Positions 26,284 to 41,152 of a stretch of 64,000 bases of DNA are shown one piece after another. Source of the DNA: the human T2T-CHM13v2.0 reference genome, Homo sapiens; assembly GCF_009914755.1 (NCBI RefSeq), contig NC_060926.1; one strand, given 5' to 3'. The position numbers and the translations under genes are program-made. Numbering within the stretch: position 1 is the stretch's first letter; the number at the start of each line of letters is the position of its first letter. The notes under the pieces were generated by a model. The model did no database searches. It was not told the DNA's origin and saw only the letters and a program-made list of their open reading frames with translations.

Positions 26284-26500
26284 AGCTGGGGCAACATAGC
26301 AAGACCCCATTGCTACAAAAAATTAAAAATTAGCTGGGGAAGGTGATATGTACCTATAGTCCTAGCTACTCAGAAGGCTGAGGCAGGAGGATCACTTGAG
26401 CCCAGGAGTTTGAGGTTATAGTGATCTGTGACTACACCACTGCAACTGCACTCCAGCTTGGGCAATAGAATGAGACTCTGCCTCAAAAAGAAAAAAAAAA
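26284..26500 (+). mobile_element. 5'-truncated AluJ
   Basis: GGCAACATAGCAAGACCCC...GAGGATCACTTGAGCCCAGGAG...A-tail. Confidence 0.9.
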
Positions 26501-27503
26501 TGGTATCATCTGCAAATAGTTATAGTTTTACTTCTCTCTTTACAAGTTGGGTGACTTTTATTTCTTTTTCTTGCCTAATTGTCCTGGCTAGACAGTTCAA
26601 TAAAATGTTAAATAACAGTAATGTGAGCAGACATCCATGTCATGTTCCTGATATTAGGGTGAAAGCTTTCAGGTATTCACTATTAAGAATGATGTTAGCT
26701 GTGGGTTTTTCATGGCTTCCCTTTATTGGGTTGAGAAAGTTCCCTAGTTTGTTGAGTATTTTGTTTTGTTTCTTATTATGAAAGCAGGATGGATTTCATC
26801 AAATGCTTTTTTCCTATATCTGTTGAGTTGGGATGATCATGTGGAGTTTTTTCTTCATTCTATTAAAACGATGTATTATATTGACTGATTTTCATATGTT
26901 GACTCACTCTTGCACTCAAGGGATATATCTCATATACAATTTTTTAATATGCTGCTGGATTCAGATTATTTGTATTTTATTGAGGATTTTTGCCTCTGTA
27001 TTCATAAGGGATATTGGTTGCCAGTTTTCATCTTTGTGATGTCTTTGTCTGGCTTTGGTATCAGGGAAATACTTGCCTCATAGAATGAAGAAGTGGTCTT
27101 TTTTCTTCCAAATTTTGGAAGAATTTGAGATGGATTGGCATCAATTCCTCTATAAATGTTTGGTAGAAATCTGCTATGAAGCAATCTGGCCTTGGGCTTT
27201 TCTTTGTTGGAAGATTTTTTAAATTACCAATTCAGTCTCTTCATCTGTTGTATTCAGATTGCTTATTTTTTTTTCTTCTGTCAGTTTGACTAGTTTTGTG
27301 TGTTTCTAGGAATTTGTCAATTTCATCTGTTATCTATTTTGTTGGCATGCAATTGTTCATAGCACTCTCTTGTAATTCTTTTGATTTCTGTTAGGATGGT
27401 AGTAAAGTCTCCACTTTAATTCTTGATTTTTTTCTTCTCTCTCTCTCTCTCTGTCTCTCACTCTCTCTCTCTTTTAATCAGTCTAGCTAAAAGTTTGTCT
27501 TCA

Positions 27504-27635
27504 TTTTTTAAAGTAGAGATGGGGTCTCACTATGTTGCCCAGTCTGGTGTCAAACTCCTGGCCTCAAGCAATCCTCCTACCTCAGCCACCCAAAGTTCTG
27601 GGAATGCAGTTGTGAGCCACCACATTTTGCCAGCC
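27504..27635 (-). mobile_element. FLAM / Alu left monomer
   Basis: GTAGAGATGGGGTCTCACTATGTTGCCCAG...GTGAGCCACC. Confidence 0.85.
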
Positions 27636-28280
27636 AAATTTGCCTATTTTATCAATCTTTTCCAAGAATAAACGTTTGGTTTTGTTGATTCTTTCCATCA
27701 TTTTTCTGTCTTCTATTTCATTTATCCCTGCTCCAGTCTTTGTTATTTTTTCCCCTTCTGCTCTTTGGGTTTAATTGCTTTCCTTTTTCTAGTTCCTTAA
27801 GGTTGAAGTTCAGTTGATTTGAATCTTTTTTCTTTTCAATGTGGGCACTTACAGCCATACATTTCTCTCTGCCTGCTGCCTTTGCTGCATCTCATAGGTT
27901 TGGGAATGTTTTGTTTTTCTGAAAGTATTTTCAATTTTCTCTTGTTATTTCTTTTTGATCCATCAGTTATTTAAGAGTGTGCCATTTAATTTCCACAAAT
28001 TTCTGAATTTTCTAAATTTCCTTCTGCTATTGATTTCTAAGTTTATTCCATTGTGTCAAAGAAGATACTTTGTATGCCTTCACTTGTTTTACACTTATTG
28101 AGGCTTCATTTGTGGATTAACCTATGGTCATCCTGGAAGTTGTTCCATTAGCACTTGAAAATAATGTATGTTTTGCTGTTGTTTAGTGAAATGCTATATA
28201 TATGTCTGTTCAATTCAGTTGGTTTAAAGTGTTGTTCAAGTCTTCTGTTTCCTTGTTTATCATTTCTTTAGCTGTTCTTC

Positions 28281-28644
<364 letters not shown>

Positions 28645-29296
28645 TAACTGTCTATTTCTCACTTCAATTCTGTTAGTTTTTGCTTCATATATTTTGAGAC
28701 TCTGTTATTGAGTGCATATGTTTATACCTGTTATATATCTTAATAAATTGACCCTTTTATCATTATATAAATGCCCTCCTTGCCTCTTGTAACAATTTTT
28801 GTCTTAAAGTCTATTTTGTCTGACATTAGTAGCCACTCCAGCTCTCTTTGGGTTACTATTTTCATGGAATATCTTTTTGTGTCCTCTCATTTTCAACCTA
28901 TGTGTGACTTGAAACAAAAATGAGTATCTTGTAGCTGGGGTATAATTGGGAAATGTTCACCCATTCTGCCAATATCTGGTTTTTAAATGAAGAGTTTAAT
29001 CTATTTTTATTTAACGTGATTACTGATCATTACTTCTGCATTTTATTTTTGTTTTCTAAATGTCTTACATATTTTTTGTTCCTCAGTTCCTGTTATTCCC
29101 TTCTTTTGTATTAAAAATATATTTTATTTCTTTTTTTGGTGTTGTCTGTCAGTGTACACAGAAAGATATTTTTTACAGTACCATTTTGATTCCATTTTCA
29201 TTTCTTTTACTATATATTTTTAGTCATTTTCTTAGTGTTTGCCCTGGGGGTTACGACTAACATAATTTATAACAATCTGGATGAAATTAATATCAA

Positions 29297-29590
29297 TTTT
29301 TCCTTTTTTACAAATTTTTTGAGACAGGGTCTTGACTGGAGTGCAGTGGTGCGATCGTGGCTCACTGAAGCCTCCGCTTCCTGGGTTCAAGCAATTCTCC
29401 CACCTCAGCTGGGCGAGTAGCTGGTACTACAGGTGCGTGCCACCATGCTTGGCTAATTTTTGTATTTTTTGGTAGGGACAGAGTTTCACCATGTTGGCCA
29501 GGCTGGTCTTGAACTCCTGACATCAAGTGGTCTGCCTGCCTGAGCCTCCCAAAGTGCTGGGATTGCAGGTGTGAGCCACCGCACCCAGCC
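29297..29590 (-). mobile_element. Alu (AluJb/S-like)
   Basis: Reverse Alu dimer; TCAATTT on both flanks. Confidence 0.9.
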
Positions 29591-29924
29591 TCAATTTATT
29601 CTTGATAGTGCACGAAACTTTTGCTCCTATATATCTTTGCTTCCTCCTTTATTTTGTTACTGTGGGAGGAGGTGGAACTGGGTTCCTTACCACTTATATG
29701 TCTTCAAAATAACCAGTGATTCCTATCAGTATATATGTGATTGTTATTAAGAAGAATAGAAGTGGAGAGGGGAATTAATAGGCTCTGGGAGGTAAAAGTT
29801 TCTGTGATTATTTACTCTAAAAGCAGCAAAGCTGTAATGAGATATTTGAGGTTGCTGTTCCTAGGTAGTATCTAGGATTGAACTTCATTCCAAGTAATTA
29901 AAAATTTTACTTTGAAAATTAGGC

Positions 29925-30420
29925 AGGTTCTGGGGGCCTATGACTACTCACTGGTTCAGTAATTCACTAGAAGAACCTGCATAACTCAGCATCAGATTCT
30001 ACTCACCGCTAAGGTTTATTGCAAAAGATACAGTGCCAGAACAGAAAAAAAAAAATACACGTACAGGTGAAGGCTAAAATGCTCAGGAACAGGCTTTTGT
30101 CCTTCTGCATGGCTTACACACACACATGTTTTCTTTCCAGCTTTGAAGAGCAGAGAACTCAGGCACAGTTCTGGTGCATACCTGCTACGCAAGCACTCGT
30201 GTTGTGAGCCTCAAACCAGGCACCAGGTGTACATCATAGAGGTTCATGTTTGCTTTAAATGGTGTTGATGGTTTAGTATGTCCTACCCCAATGTGCTGGG
30301 CACAGAATGACATCATTTGTGAACATTCCAAGGTTTAGTTCTTAGATCCTGGCTCCAGACATCCTCAGAGATAAGCTAGAATTGAGCAAAACAGATTTGC
30401 TGCACTGACTCTTTCCCTGC
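29925..30420 (-). mobile_element. MER68/MER77-like LTR
   Basis: GGTTCAGTAATTCACTAGAAG...ACTCACCGCTAAGGTTTATT and CAAACCAGGCACCAGGTG motifs of the MER21/68/77 group. Confidence 0.55.
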
Positions 30421-31322
30421 AAGGGGTTACCGTAAAAATGGAATATGAAATGCCTACTTAAGTACAGTTCACAGTTGCGCAGTGTTCTGTATGTCTTAGG
30501 GGGAGAGCGTACAAATATAACTTAAATAAACATCCTTTGAAGCAAAGAAAACTGAAAAAATGAAGTCATATATATGTAGAGATTTAGTAGCAGATGAATT
30601 TTCCTGGCATCAAACAACTGACTGCATTTGTCCATGATCAGAAAATAGCAAAATTCCTATTTCCCCTTGTTGCAGTGAAGTTGGGCTTTCTGTTAATTTC
30701 TGACCCTCTGGGTAGAAATCCCTAAATAAATGGGAAGACAAGGAAGCACCTGAGCTCTAAAGGAATCTCTTGAGATTGTCTGAGTGGAGTCTGGGCAGTG
30801 ATGACAGTGGAAAGGCAGCAGTCTTGAGTCCATTCTGAAATTTGGCCCTTCTTGGAGCTCTCTGGCTTGAGCCTGGTGCAGTTGCCCTGATACTAAGGGA
30901 GCTGAGCAGTGTCCTTGGAGACGCTGCACACCTTAGGCCAGAGCAGCACAGCATCACACTCCACGTAGGCTTGATCTCTGCCTCCCTGTCACAACGCTGC
31001 CCCCAATACCTTTGGCCAGATGTCTCATTCCTGGGGGAAAGCCACCTCTCCATTCTACAGGAGCAACACTGCTGCGACCATTTTCCCTCCTCACCCTGCT
31101 GGTCTGGATAGGGTCCATCACAGAGCTCTTGCCTCTGGCCTCCACTGGACCACAAGGACAAACTCAAAGCCCTCCACCTGCCATGTGCAGTCTGTCACCA
31201 CCACCTTCCCCCTTCTCACTAGGAGGTCAGGCAGGAGCTGGGGAAGACCTGTGTTCCCTCTTCTCCCACCCCGGAAGCACTGTGCTCTTGTGGACTCTTA
31301 CTCTTCCCCTCCTAGACCTCTG

Positions 31323-31860
31323 TGTTGGTAACCAGCTTCCAAGCTGGGCCCCACCAATTCCTCCCTCCTGGTAATCCTGCCCGTGTGTAGTCCCCTCCAC
31401 ACTAAGTCATGGCTGGCCGTGTCACTGGCAGAATCCTGAAGAAATGAGACTGTGTGACTACTTAGGCTACATTATAAAAGATATTGAGGTTTCTGCTATG
31501 CCGTCTTAGGATCGCTCACTTTGGGGGAAGACATCTGCCACATGATGAGGACATTCAATCAGTCCTAGGGAGAGGTCTGGGTGGTAAGGAGCTGAGGCCT
31601 CCAGTGAACAGCCAAGATTGGTTGGCCAGCCACCTGCATGAGCCACCGTAGAAGCTGATCCTCCAGCCCCAGTCAAACCTTCAGATAACTGCAGCACTAT
31701 CTGATGTCTTTATTACCACCTCATGAGAGACCCCAGGCCAGAACTGCCTAGCTAAACTGCCTCTGAATTTCTGATGCACAGACACTGTGGGAGATAAAAG
31801 ATGTTTATTGTCTTTTAAGCTACCAAATTTGGCTAATTTCACAGCAACAGGTGACTGACC
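31323..31860 (+). mobile_element. MLT1F-like MaLR LTR
   Basis: GATCCTCCAGCCCCAGTCAAACCTTCAGATAACTGCAGC...CTCATGAGAGACCC. Confidence 0.82.
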
Positions 31861-32144
31861 CTTTGCCTTATCACACATGTGCTACAGCTTCTTCCTCCTC
31901 CTTGGAGCTGCTCTGCTCCTGGGCCCAGTCAGATGCCCAGTCTGCATCCCCAGGGTGTGTCCTTTCTTGATCACTTTCGCTAATGATCCACTCCCTGCTC
32001 TTCTTCTTCATCCAACTCTTGTAAAACCTTGGGAGTCCCTGTACAGTTTCTTCCTCTGTCCAAAGTCCCTCTTTGGGGTGGCTGAGAAATAAACAGTCTT
32101 AACTGAAACACTCTGATATTACCCTTCTCTTTATATCAAGGGTC

Positions 32145-32330
32145 TAATAATAACAGTTAATACTTATTAAACACTTGTTATATGCCAGAATCTTTGCTAT
32201 GTGTTTTCAAAGAATTGCCTCATTCAGTCCCTAAAACAATTCCAAGTATACTATCTTTACCTTCAGTTTTTCAGATAAGAATATAAAAGTTTGGGTAGGT
32301 TAAGTACCTTGACTCAGGTGACACAGCAAT
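32145..32330 (-). mobile_element. MIR SINE
   Basis: Reverse MIR core TTTTCAGATAAG...AGGTTAAGTACCTTGACTCAGGTGACACAGC. Confidence 0.7.
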
Positions 32331-33737
32331 ACACTGTGGCTGGAGCCTCCTTCCTCATGAGCTCTCCTTAGGTCTGGTGTGTCCTGAGACACATCTGAGA
32401 TGTCATCCTTTTGAAAGTATATTCTCTGTTTAATTTTCTTTGGCGTGGGTCTGCTATCTGTTCAATACAATTGACACCGATTCTCTAGCCTCATCTGTCT
32501 TGGAGTTGAGTCCATGGTGACCACAAGGAGATTTTCTGCCCCTTGAACAGAGGATTACCCTGTGTGGGATGCAAGGCCTCTTAGCCAGTCTAGCTTTGTC
32601 ACACAACAGCAGGACTGGTAAATGACTCACCTTGACTGCCACAAAGTCATATGGTCATATGACCTATCATCAGCACACACACACATTCCAGCCCAGGTGG
32701 GGACTTGACAGATGGTGTGATCTTCAGAGGCTGGCTGTAATGCTTCTTACATTTCCTGACTACTGTTTTATAGCATCACACAGGTATTGTGGGGAGCTGC
32801 TGCCACGGACAACTTCAGACTTACTGAAGTAGCTTTTTCTTTTAAGCTGCACATGAGTGCAGTCCCTGGAGTTTTTGCCCACAATATCTTTCTCAAAACA
32901 GGGGTCCATGTGTGAGTAGACCTTCTACAGATGCGAATGAAACCAGTGTCATTGTTGCTGGTGTCATTATGTCTATAGATTCAGGATGTTAGAGGGTGGC
33001 TCTGTGGTCTTTTCTGTTCGAGGTAAAACATAAACAGCAGGTCCTGGAGGGTCCAGTTGGGACTTGTCTTATGAATGGTGTGAATCATATTGGAATTTGG
33101 AAGCCTAATGGCCACCCAAGCCCCTGGGCTGGGCAGTCGCTTCCCATGCATGCTCTAATATTCAGATGTGCCTGCAGATTCTTCAGTGTCTTCATGGCTC
33201 ATGGCACTTGAGCACCCTTGTCTAAGGGATTCCAGACTTTCCTAGGTGGAAGGAATAAAATCTACCCCATATAATCAGTTCCATAGAATGCTGAGGGGTA
33301 AATATACTAAGATGGAAGCAGAGAGAGCCATATAGGAATATAGGATCCCCACATTACATCCAAGATCAGTGAGTATTTTAAACCTAGTTGTGATATATTC
33401 TCTTCATCCCTTTTTTTTCCTTGTGTAGAGCCTAGGAAGATTGTCTTCCTAATGCCTTTTTGTGTCTTTAATTAGGATTTATGCAGCCTAATATCCTGAA
33501 ATCCCTTTCACTTTGTTCTGTTGTGATTTAGGGTGTAGTTCTTTCTGAAGTATTTTAACTTGTTTGTTTTGAAGTTTTTATGTACTCTTGTTTGCTTTAC
33601 TGCTCCTTACTGTAAGGATGCCAAGATAAGAAAGAAGTTGAATTGTGGAGAAATACTGAGATTTTGCAAGCTTTAAAAAGAGTTCACACCCTTATTGAGC
33701 TGAAACACTGCACCACTTACTCCTGTACCATCACTGA

Positions 33738-34139
33738 TGTTAAATCAAGTTTAGCCTAAATCTGCCTCCTTACATATTTTAAGTTTGGCCTAAAGGTTTC
33801 TCTGTACAGTGTGAACTATAACCTAAATGTAGTTGTAAACAGACTGTAGCCTCCTCTTGTGCCAACCACCAAGTCTTGGCCAATCAAAGGTGGCCAGCTG
33901 TTCAAACCGTGTTCAAATAAAGCACAAGCCAAGCCGTAACCAATCTGGCTGTTTCTGTACCTCACTTCCATTTTCTGTACTGTCACTTTCCTTTTTCTGT
34001 CCATAAATCTTCTTCCGCCACGTGGCTGCACTGGAGTCTCTGAGCCTACTCTGGCTCAGGAGGCTGCCGGATTTGCGAATCCTTCTTTGCTCAGTTAAAC
34101 TTTGTTAAACTTAATTTGGCTAAAGTTTTTCTTTTAATG
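33738..34139 (+). mobile_element. MER57A-like ERV1 solo LTR
   Basis: TGTTAAATCAAGTTTAGCCTAAA start; CTGTTCAAACCGTGTTCAAATAA; GTAACCAATC. Confidence 0.88.
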
Positions 34140-36754
34140 TTGGCCATCATGAAACCAATAAAATCTGCTGAGAACCTAACAACTAGATTTCTTTTTGCCT
34201 TTTTCTGTTTTGTTTGTCTTTCTTTTTTGATCTATTTTGTCTTTTCTCCGTTTTCTGGTTCTTCTTTCCCTCCTGGCTTATATTTCTAGCATCATAAGGG
34301 GAAATATTTCTTTTTCTGGTAAGATATTAGAAATTTGGCCTGTTTAGTCTATCTCATGGTTTTCTGTGTTCTAAAATATCTTTCAGTTTTCAGTCACAAT
34401 TTGAAAGCATCGTTAGCCCTGGTTATACAGATGTGCCTAGGATGTGACTCAGGTAAGCTTTTCTGTATTTGCTCTATTTCACTTCTGAAGCATCTCATTG
34501 GTAATGTCCAGCCAGATCTAAAAACCTCTCTCGCTGGGCGGTCCTTCCTGAAGACCCCTTTGGTTTTCAGAATTAGTGGTGTTAGCCTACCCAACAGTCA
34601 TATGCCAATTCTCCTATTCAAAAGATGCCCCTTGCTAATGAATTTATTATCTCTTGGCAAAGTCTGATGAATTAATTTCATAACCATCTCTCTCCAGAAG
34701 CTGTCTGGTGAAATCTCCTATAATGTATGGTCCTTGGTAACTCCTAAGCCCCTTCTGCCCCTCAAAGAGCCACAACCTGGCTTATGAACAAATGGCCGCA
34801 GCTCTCCTGCTAACCACCATGGATTTCAGTGGGTCTATCTGGTCTCCATTCCTGGTCTTCCTGAGAAGTAAGGTCAGGAGCAGCAGGGGCAGTTGGACTT
34901 AGGTCTAGGGCTCTGTTTCTGGTCATCGGGGGAGTGCTGCAAGACCCACCAGCTCAAGGTGCTAACCTGAGCCTATCACCTCTGGATGAAATGGGGTAAT
35001 GTGGATGGGTGATGTTGGACAACTGGAAGGAGGACTCAGGTAGCCCCAGCCAAAACAAAAGAGCTGAAGAATAAAAATATGCTGTCTGGCTGACATTAAT
35101 GGCCAATATTTAAAAAACTTACATATCCCCTTGCCAGTTTATAGCTCTTAGATTTTTAAATATTTATTTTTTTACATACAAAAATACTTGGGGTTGTTTA
35201 TATTAACAATTTGAAAAAGATCCTATATACAATGTATAAACAGACAAGAAGGAAACCTACTAAAATGTTAGCGATTAAAATCTCTAGGTGGTGAGAGTAT
35301 AAGCGAGTTTATTCTTTACAGTTTTCTTAGGTTTCCAAATATTCTCCCATATGAATGTGATATTTTTAGACTCAGAAATGAATATACAAGTATACAAATT
35401 TCCATTTTCATTGTGACTATGGTGAGTTTTTTTGTGTGTCCTTATCCTACATTCCTTGAAATTTTCTCTAAAGAGATTTGTGTTCTTATTGAAACAGTAA
35501 ATTTTATAAAAATAACTTTGTTTATGGTGTGTTTCATTGTACAGATATTTTTCCATACTGTTCTATATGCTTACATTTTATACATACATACACATGTGGG
35601 TACTTTTAGTTCTTTTTCCAGTATGAATACAAACCAATATACTCTATATCATTTTTTCTTACATATTGGCTTTAAGATATTTTTCCAGTCACTTTTAGGT
35701 CTTCAATCTTTCTGGACATTTAGAGAATATGATGTTTTAGGAATCTGGCTTTATTGTCCAAATGGATAGCTAATTATACCAACATCATAGATTGAAAATA
35801 CCATATTTTCTCCACATATGTTAAACCATTAGTAGGCATAAATCTTTCTTTGACACAAAAAGCTGAAGTATACGGTAGAAAATGAACATATATGCCACAT
35901 ATCTTTGGTATTAAACACATATGACTACAGATTCATTTTTTTTGTAGAAAAGAAAGGCTCTCACATTTTTCACACTTTCACAATCCTAATGGTTCATCTT
36001 TTCTCCTGATGACAGTATGTACAGTCATCAAATGCCCTTGACCTTCCATGCCACAGCCTCCTTTCTGTTCCAGAGGGACCCCTGCCAGCCTTCCTAAAGA
36101 ACACTCTCTTGAGAATTAATTCAGGAAATTTTACAAAACTGAAAATCACTCAGTGCTGACTCAATTTTTCCTAGAGTGTTGAGCATTATCTATTAATAAA
36201 ATACTTAACTTATGCCCTGTTACGTAAATGTCTTCAGTGACAATAAAAAGGTTTCTTCTTTGGGAAAATTACACTGGAACCACAAGCAGTTTCCCTAAAC
36301 TTTATCTCTTTAGACACCTTAACTTGTGAATACAGTCTAACCAGATTTGTTAACTGTAGACCTAAACTGCCTTGTTGTTGATATAGCTGATAAAGAATTA
36401 TGGGAAGAACATTTCCTGCAACCTTCAGTTTCTGTGGGGTGGGGTGTAGGTGACAAGCAATCGAGAGTAGGTGATGCATGCATTTCCTAACTGGCACGCA
36501 ATCACATTGCATTCCAAGACTACATTACTTATAGGGTTCTGTTTTACAGATGCATGGCTGCTATGTAAAAATAGAATGTTTTATAATTCTCACCAAAATA
36601 TTCTTTGAAACAAACAGTTGCATGAGTCAAAATAAATCACAAAAGGAGTTCAAAAACATTTTGAACTGATTGATAATGAGAAAGCAGCACATCAAAATTT
36701 GTAAGAGGCAGGTCGAGCAATGCTTAGAGGGTAATTTTATAACTATAAAGACGA

Positions 36755-36952
36755 AAGAATTCTGCCTTCAGACTGGAAATTGCAACATCAACTCTGCCCT
36801 GGATCCCAGCCTGAGGGCCTGACCTGAAAATTTTGGACTTACCAGCCCCCACAGTCACGTGAGCCAATTCCTTAAAATAAATCTCTTTCTTTCCATACAC
36901 ATGCACACCCACTCTACTTGTTCTGTTTCGCTGGAGAACTTTGACTAATGCA
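36755..36952 (+). mobile_element. MLT2 (ERVL) LTR 3' part, abutting an old L1 fragment (~36600-36750)
   Basis: GTGAGCCAATTCCTTAAAATAAATCTC...TTCTGTTTCGCTGGAGAACTTTGACTAATGCA. Confidence 0.82.
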
Positions 36953-37402
36953 GATTTTACTACAGAGAGTGGTTCTAGGGAAATAGTCTTAAGGTTGAAT
37001 TTCTGAATTTGTTCTGGGGTTTCTGGAATTGGTTCTCTAATCTGATCAGATTTAAAGGTACTAATGACTCTGTTTCCAGCAGCAAAGAGAACACTGATAG
37101 TTTACGGCATTATGTGATGATAGAGATATGTAGAATATCACTACTGAATATGCTTAATCACATATTTATAAGACATAAAACTATGAGTGACCATGTATTT
37201 GATACCTTAGAACATTTTTGTTAAACTAATGAGGATGAGATTGGCTGGTTGCTCTTAATGTCATTGGACAACATGGAGAGAGAAAAGGATGAGCTCAGGG
37301 ATTCAAATTTTCAGTTTAAGCCTTACATAAATGATTTGAAATGTATGTCCTGAAAGAGACTCTTATCTCCTGTAGCTGCATGGCTGAGATTGCTGAAAAC
37401 CA
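36953..37402 (+). mobile_element. ERVL internal region: leader plus gag N-terminal remnant
   Basis: Directly follows the MLT2 LTR; translation FWNWFSNLIRFK...IGWLLLMSLD..EKDELRDSN matches the ERV-L gag N-terminus as recalled; contains a stop. Confidence 0.82.
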
Positions 37403-37817
37403 TAAAAATGATGGGGTATTTTACCAAAGTTCCCCTACTTATTATTAGCTGTATAGCTTCGGTTTGGGGATGCAAGTCCATTCTCTGCATGTTTATTTTC
37501 GAATTGCTATGCATTATCTAACCTAAAGATAGCATGTAAGGTTAAAAAAAAAATAGGGACTTTTGCCTTGATTTCACCTCTTACTGGCTGTGTGGGCTCT
37601 GGTCCAGCTTAGTGAAACAGCTTCCTCATATAGTCAAGATGATGAAAATATGCTAGACTTATAGAATTGTTGTAAGAAAGAAATTGAGGGAACATTTTGT
37701 CAACTGTAAAATATTAATACAAAGCAAGTAACTGTTACTATATGATAAAATTAATTTGTAGTACCTTGCATTAGAGGGCTTGTTAGAGGCAAACACATAC
37801 TCATGGTTTTGCATGTC

Positions 37818-38136
37818 AGCCAGGCGCAGTGGCTCGCGCCTATAATCCCAGCATTTTGAGAGGCAGAGGTGGGAGGATCACCTGAGCCCAGGAGTTCCAG
37901 ACTAGCCTGGGTAACAGAGGGAGACCTCGTCTCTACCAAAAAAAAAAAAAAAATTAGCCAGGTGTGGTGGCACATGCCTGTAATCCTAGTTATTCAGGAG
38001 GCTGAGGTGAGAGGATTGATTGAGCCTGGAAGGTTGAGGCTGCAGGAAGCTGTGATTGCACCATTGCACTACAGCCTAAGTAATACAGCAAGAGCCCATC
38101 TCAAAACCAAAAAAAAAAAAAAGAAAAAAGAAAAAA
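37818..38136 (+). mobile_element. Alu (AluJ)
   Basis: Full dimer; flanks GTTTTGCATGTCA / GTTTGCATGCCA. Confidence 0.93.
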
Positions 38137-40289
38137 TAGTTTGCATGCCAAAAACATTTGTAAGGCACAGGAAGAAGTTTTGGAATAGAAACTGGCCCAA
38201 CCATATGCCCAGTTAAAAGTCCCCAAGATCCCAAACGCCTCACCATGTAATTAGCACACATTCAAAAGCTTTTGGCCACACTGTTTGGACAATTATATAA
38301 GAAATAAAAGCAACTCTCATCATTCCCACTCCTTTACCCTTGTCTGAAATTATGATTTTTAAAAATCAAATCTTTTTTCTAAATTTGGAAATAATATAAT
38401 CTTTATGGCTTCAATCCCTACTATAACTTCCCCACAAAACAAAAAAATTTATAGCTTTAATTTGCTTATGCAATGAAAGTAGAGAAAAAAGTGATTACTT
38501 TCTCACTGGTCTGAAGCTGATATCAGGAGGCTGTTCATCCTGCCAAAGAAATTGCAGTGCAAAACCAGCCCCACACAGAATTGAACAGATAATCCAATGG
38601 ACACTCCTTAATCCAAGTGTCCTCCATGGGCCCCACCCCTAACTGTAGCACACAGTTTTCCCTGAATCCTCATAATTTGGCTATGAGCAAGTATAAGCTG
38701 TTTCCAATCCATTCAGGCAACCCAGGGACTCTCCTTGTCTTACTCTGATGGGCTGACTGGATGACAGTATTGTCAGGCTACATGGCTCTCTCCACTGAGA
38801 GCAGAATGGCAGGGGTCCTTGAGATACCCATTCTCTTACTCCATCTGTCCTCACCAGAGTGTCCCATGGCACGTGTTTTGCAGGACCAGGTGTGGCATGG
38901 TGTGCTGCCATGGGATAGAGTGAGCAGGACTGGGGTCTAGGGGACAGAAGTAACCTGGCACCAGAATGGTCGGCTCCAGCTTGCTTCTTTCAGCCCAGTT
39001 TCAACACCCTTTTACTTGGCACAAAGATTTGAGCGTTTTCAGGTGGCCTTGAAGCTACCAAATTACACATGTGACAGGGTGAGGGCCTTCCCTCCCCTAC
39101 CACTTCCCTGCCTTGCACCTGGGAGGAAGGGGGTCTTTCAATATAGCAAGCAGAGTGACCTCCCTTGAGGTGCGGTCAGTGGAGAAAGCAGTGCTGCCAT
39201 GTAGATGCTCCACTCTACGGATTTGGAAAGGACCAGGCATGCCCTTGCAGAAGACTGAGAACAGTGGGGTGCGGGCACCAAGTGGATGGAACCCAGAGGG
39301 AGAGGACAACAATTATCTACCCATCCAAGGCAGACTGGAAGACTCATCGGTGGGCAGGGGCAGGGAAGGCCCATTGGACCCAATCCCCTCGGCTCCACAT
39401 CTTTCTGAGCAGCTTTGTTTCCTTCTTGCTAATGCACCTTGTCACTCTGTGGTAGGGTTGGCAGGCTTTCCATGCCCATGTCCAAATAGATCCCAAAGGC
39501 CATCTGCCACCCACCCCCACCCCAGTCTCTAGAAGCTCAGCACTCAGTTGACCCTCAGGAAATGTGGGCCAAATTCAATTACTAACCTGTTGTTACCCAT
39601 GAGATCATAGCCAGCGATGCTGTTGGGAGGATAAAACCTTGACATTTCACCGATGGCACATATCTAGGCAGGCCCACAGCCAACAGTTCCCTGGCAGTGC
39701 CTGGACATAAGGGTGAATGCTCACAAGCCCGCCAGCAATCTACTAGCTCACCTGATTCCCACCCTCATGCCGACATGCCAAGAACCTGACCTTTTGATCT
39801 TTACTCGTCTGATAAAGAATGGTATCTCCAGTTTGGGTTGAAAACTACATTTCTCTTACTGTGAGTGTGGTTTAACATCTTTTCAGATATACTTGTATAT
39901 TTCAATTTATACTTTCACTGTTAACATTGAAACTGCTTAGTTTTATTGTATTTATTTTTGTGAATTCTATTTATGCTACATGAGATACTGCTTTCCATTT
40001 GTGGTAGTAATATCAAGTTTCCTTCAAAAATAAATTTTTACTTAGGTAAGTTTATTTAAGTAGAACAAGTGAACTGATTTCAACATAGATAGAAAACTTC
40101 CATTCGAAAATATGTATTGGGTACTTACCATGTACTAGAGAGTGTCCTAGAACCTTGGGATATAGCTAGAACCTTGGGATATAGCACACACAGAAGAATC
40201 CCTGCCTTCATAGACCTTAAGTTCTAGTGGGGAAGAAAGCCAGATACTAAAGAGGAAAATATATAAATGGCAGGAAGAGCAGAGATTGA

Positions 40290-40613
<324 letters not shown>

Positions 40614-40984
40614 TAAATCTGGTTGTCAGTCAGTCTTGTAATGCCAGTAATATATAAGAGATCAGGAAGCCAGGAGTCAGGCCCAGTGAAACTGATGTGT
40701 TGCTTACTATACACTGGCATTGATAGTATCATCCAAGAGATGTGACTTCATGAAAACATTCAGTTCTCATGTTAATTTCCTTTCCTTTCCCTCTGTGATC
40801 TGAAAGACAAACCAGAGCTAGAGTCGAGATGATGGGAAAGCTTTCTCCAAATGATGAACCTGAATCCTGCTAAATGGTCTGTTGAGAGGCCTGGTTTGTG
40901 GAAGGCATACAGAATCACACAAGTGTTTGTATACTGGCTCCAGAGCTTGACTGCTTTCTTTCTCCCAAGCTCCTGCTTCTTGCA

Positions 40985-41152
40985 TTCTAGTTGTCTGACT
41001 TCAGGAATTAATCTCTCTGAGCCTCAACAGACTCTACTGAAATTGGGGATAATAATTGTCCGGCTGTGAGGATTCAACCAGAACATTCATGGAAAGCAGT
41101 CACTGCAGAGTCTGGAAACATTGTAAATTTAGCTAAGCAAATGTTAGTATTA
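40985..41152 (+). mobile_element. MIR SINE
   Basis: TCTCTGAGCCTCA...GGGGATAATAAT...TGTGAGGATT...AAATGTTAGTATTA. Confidence 0.7.

Noticed and set aside
30693-31374. Cluster of overlapping 60-136 aa ORFs
   Set aside because: GC-richer unique sequence with ORFs on both strands, no recognisable domain and no exon boundaries.
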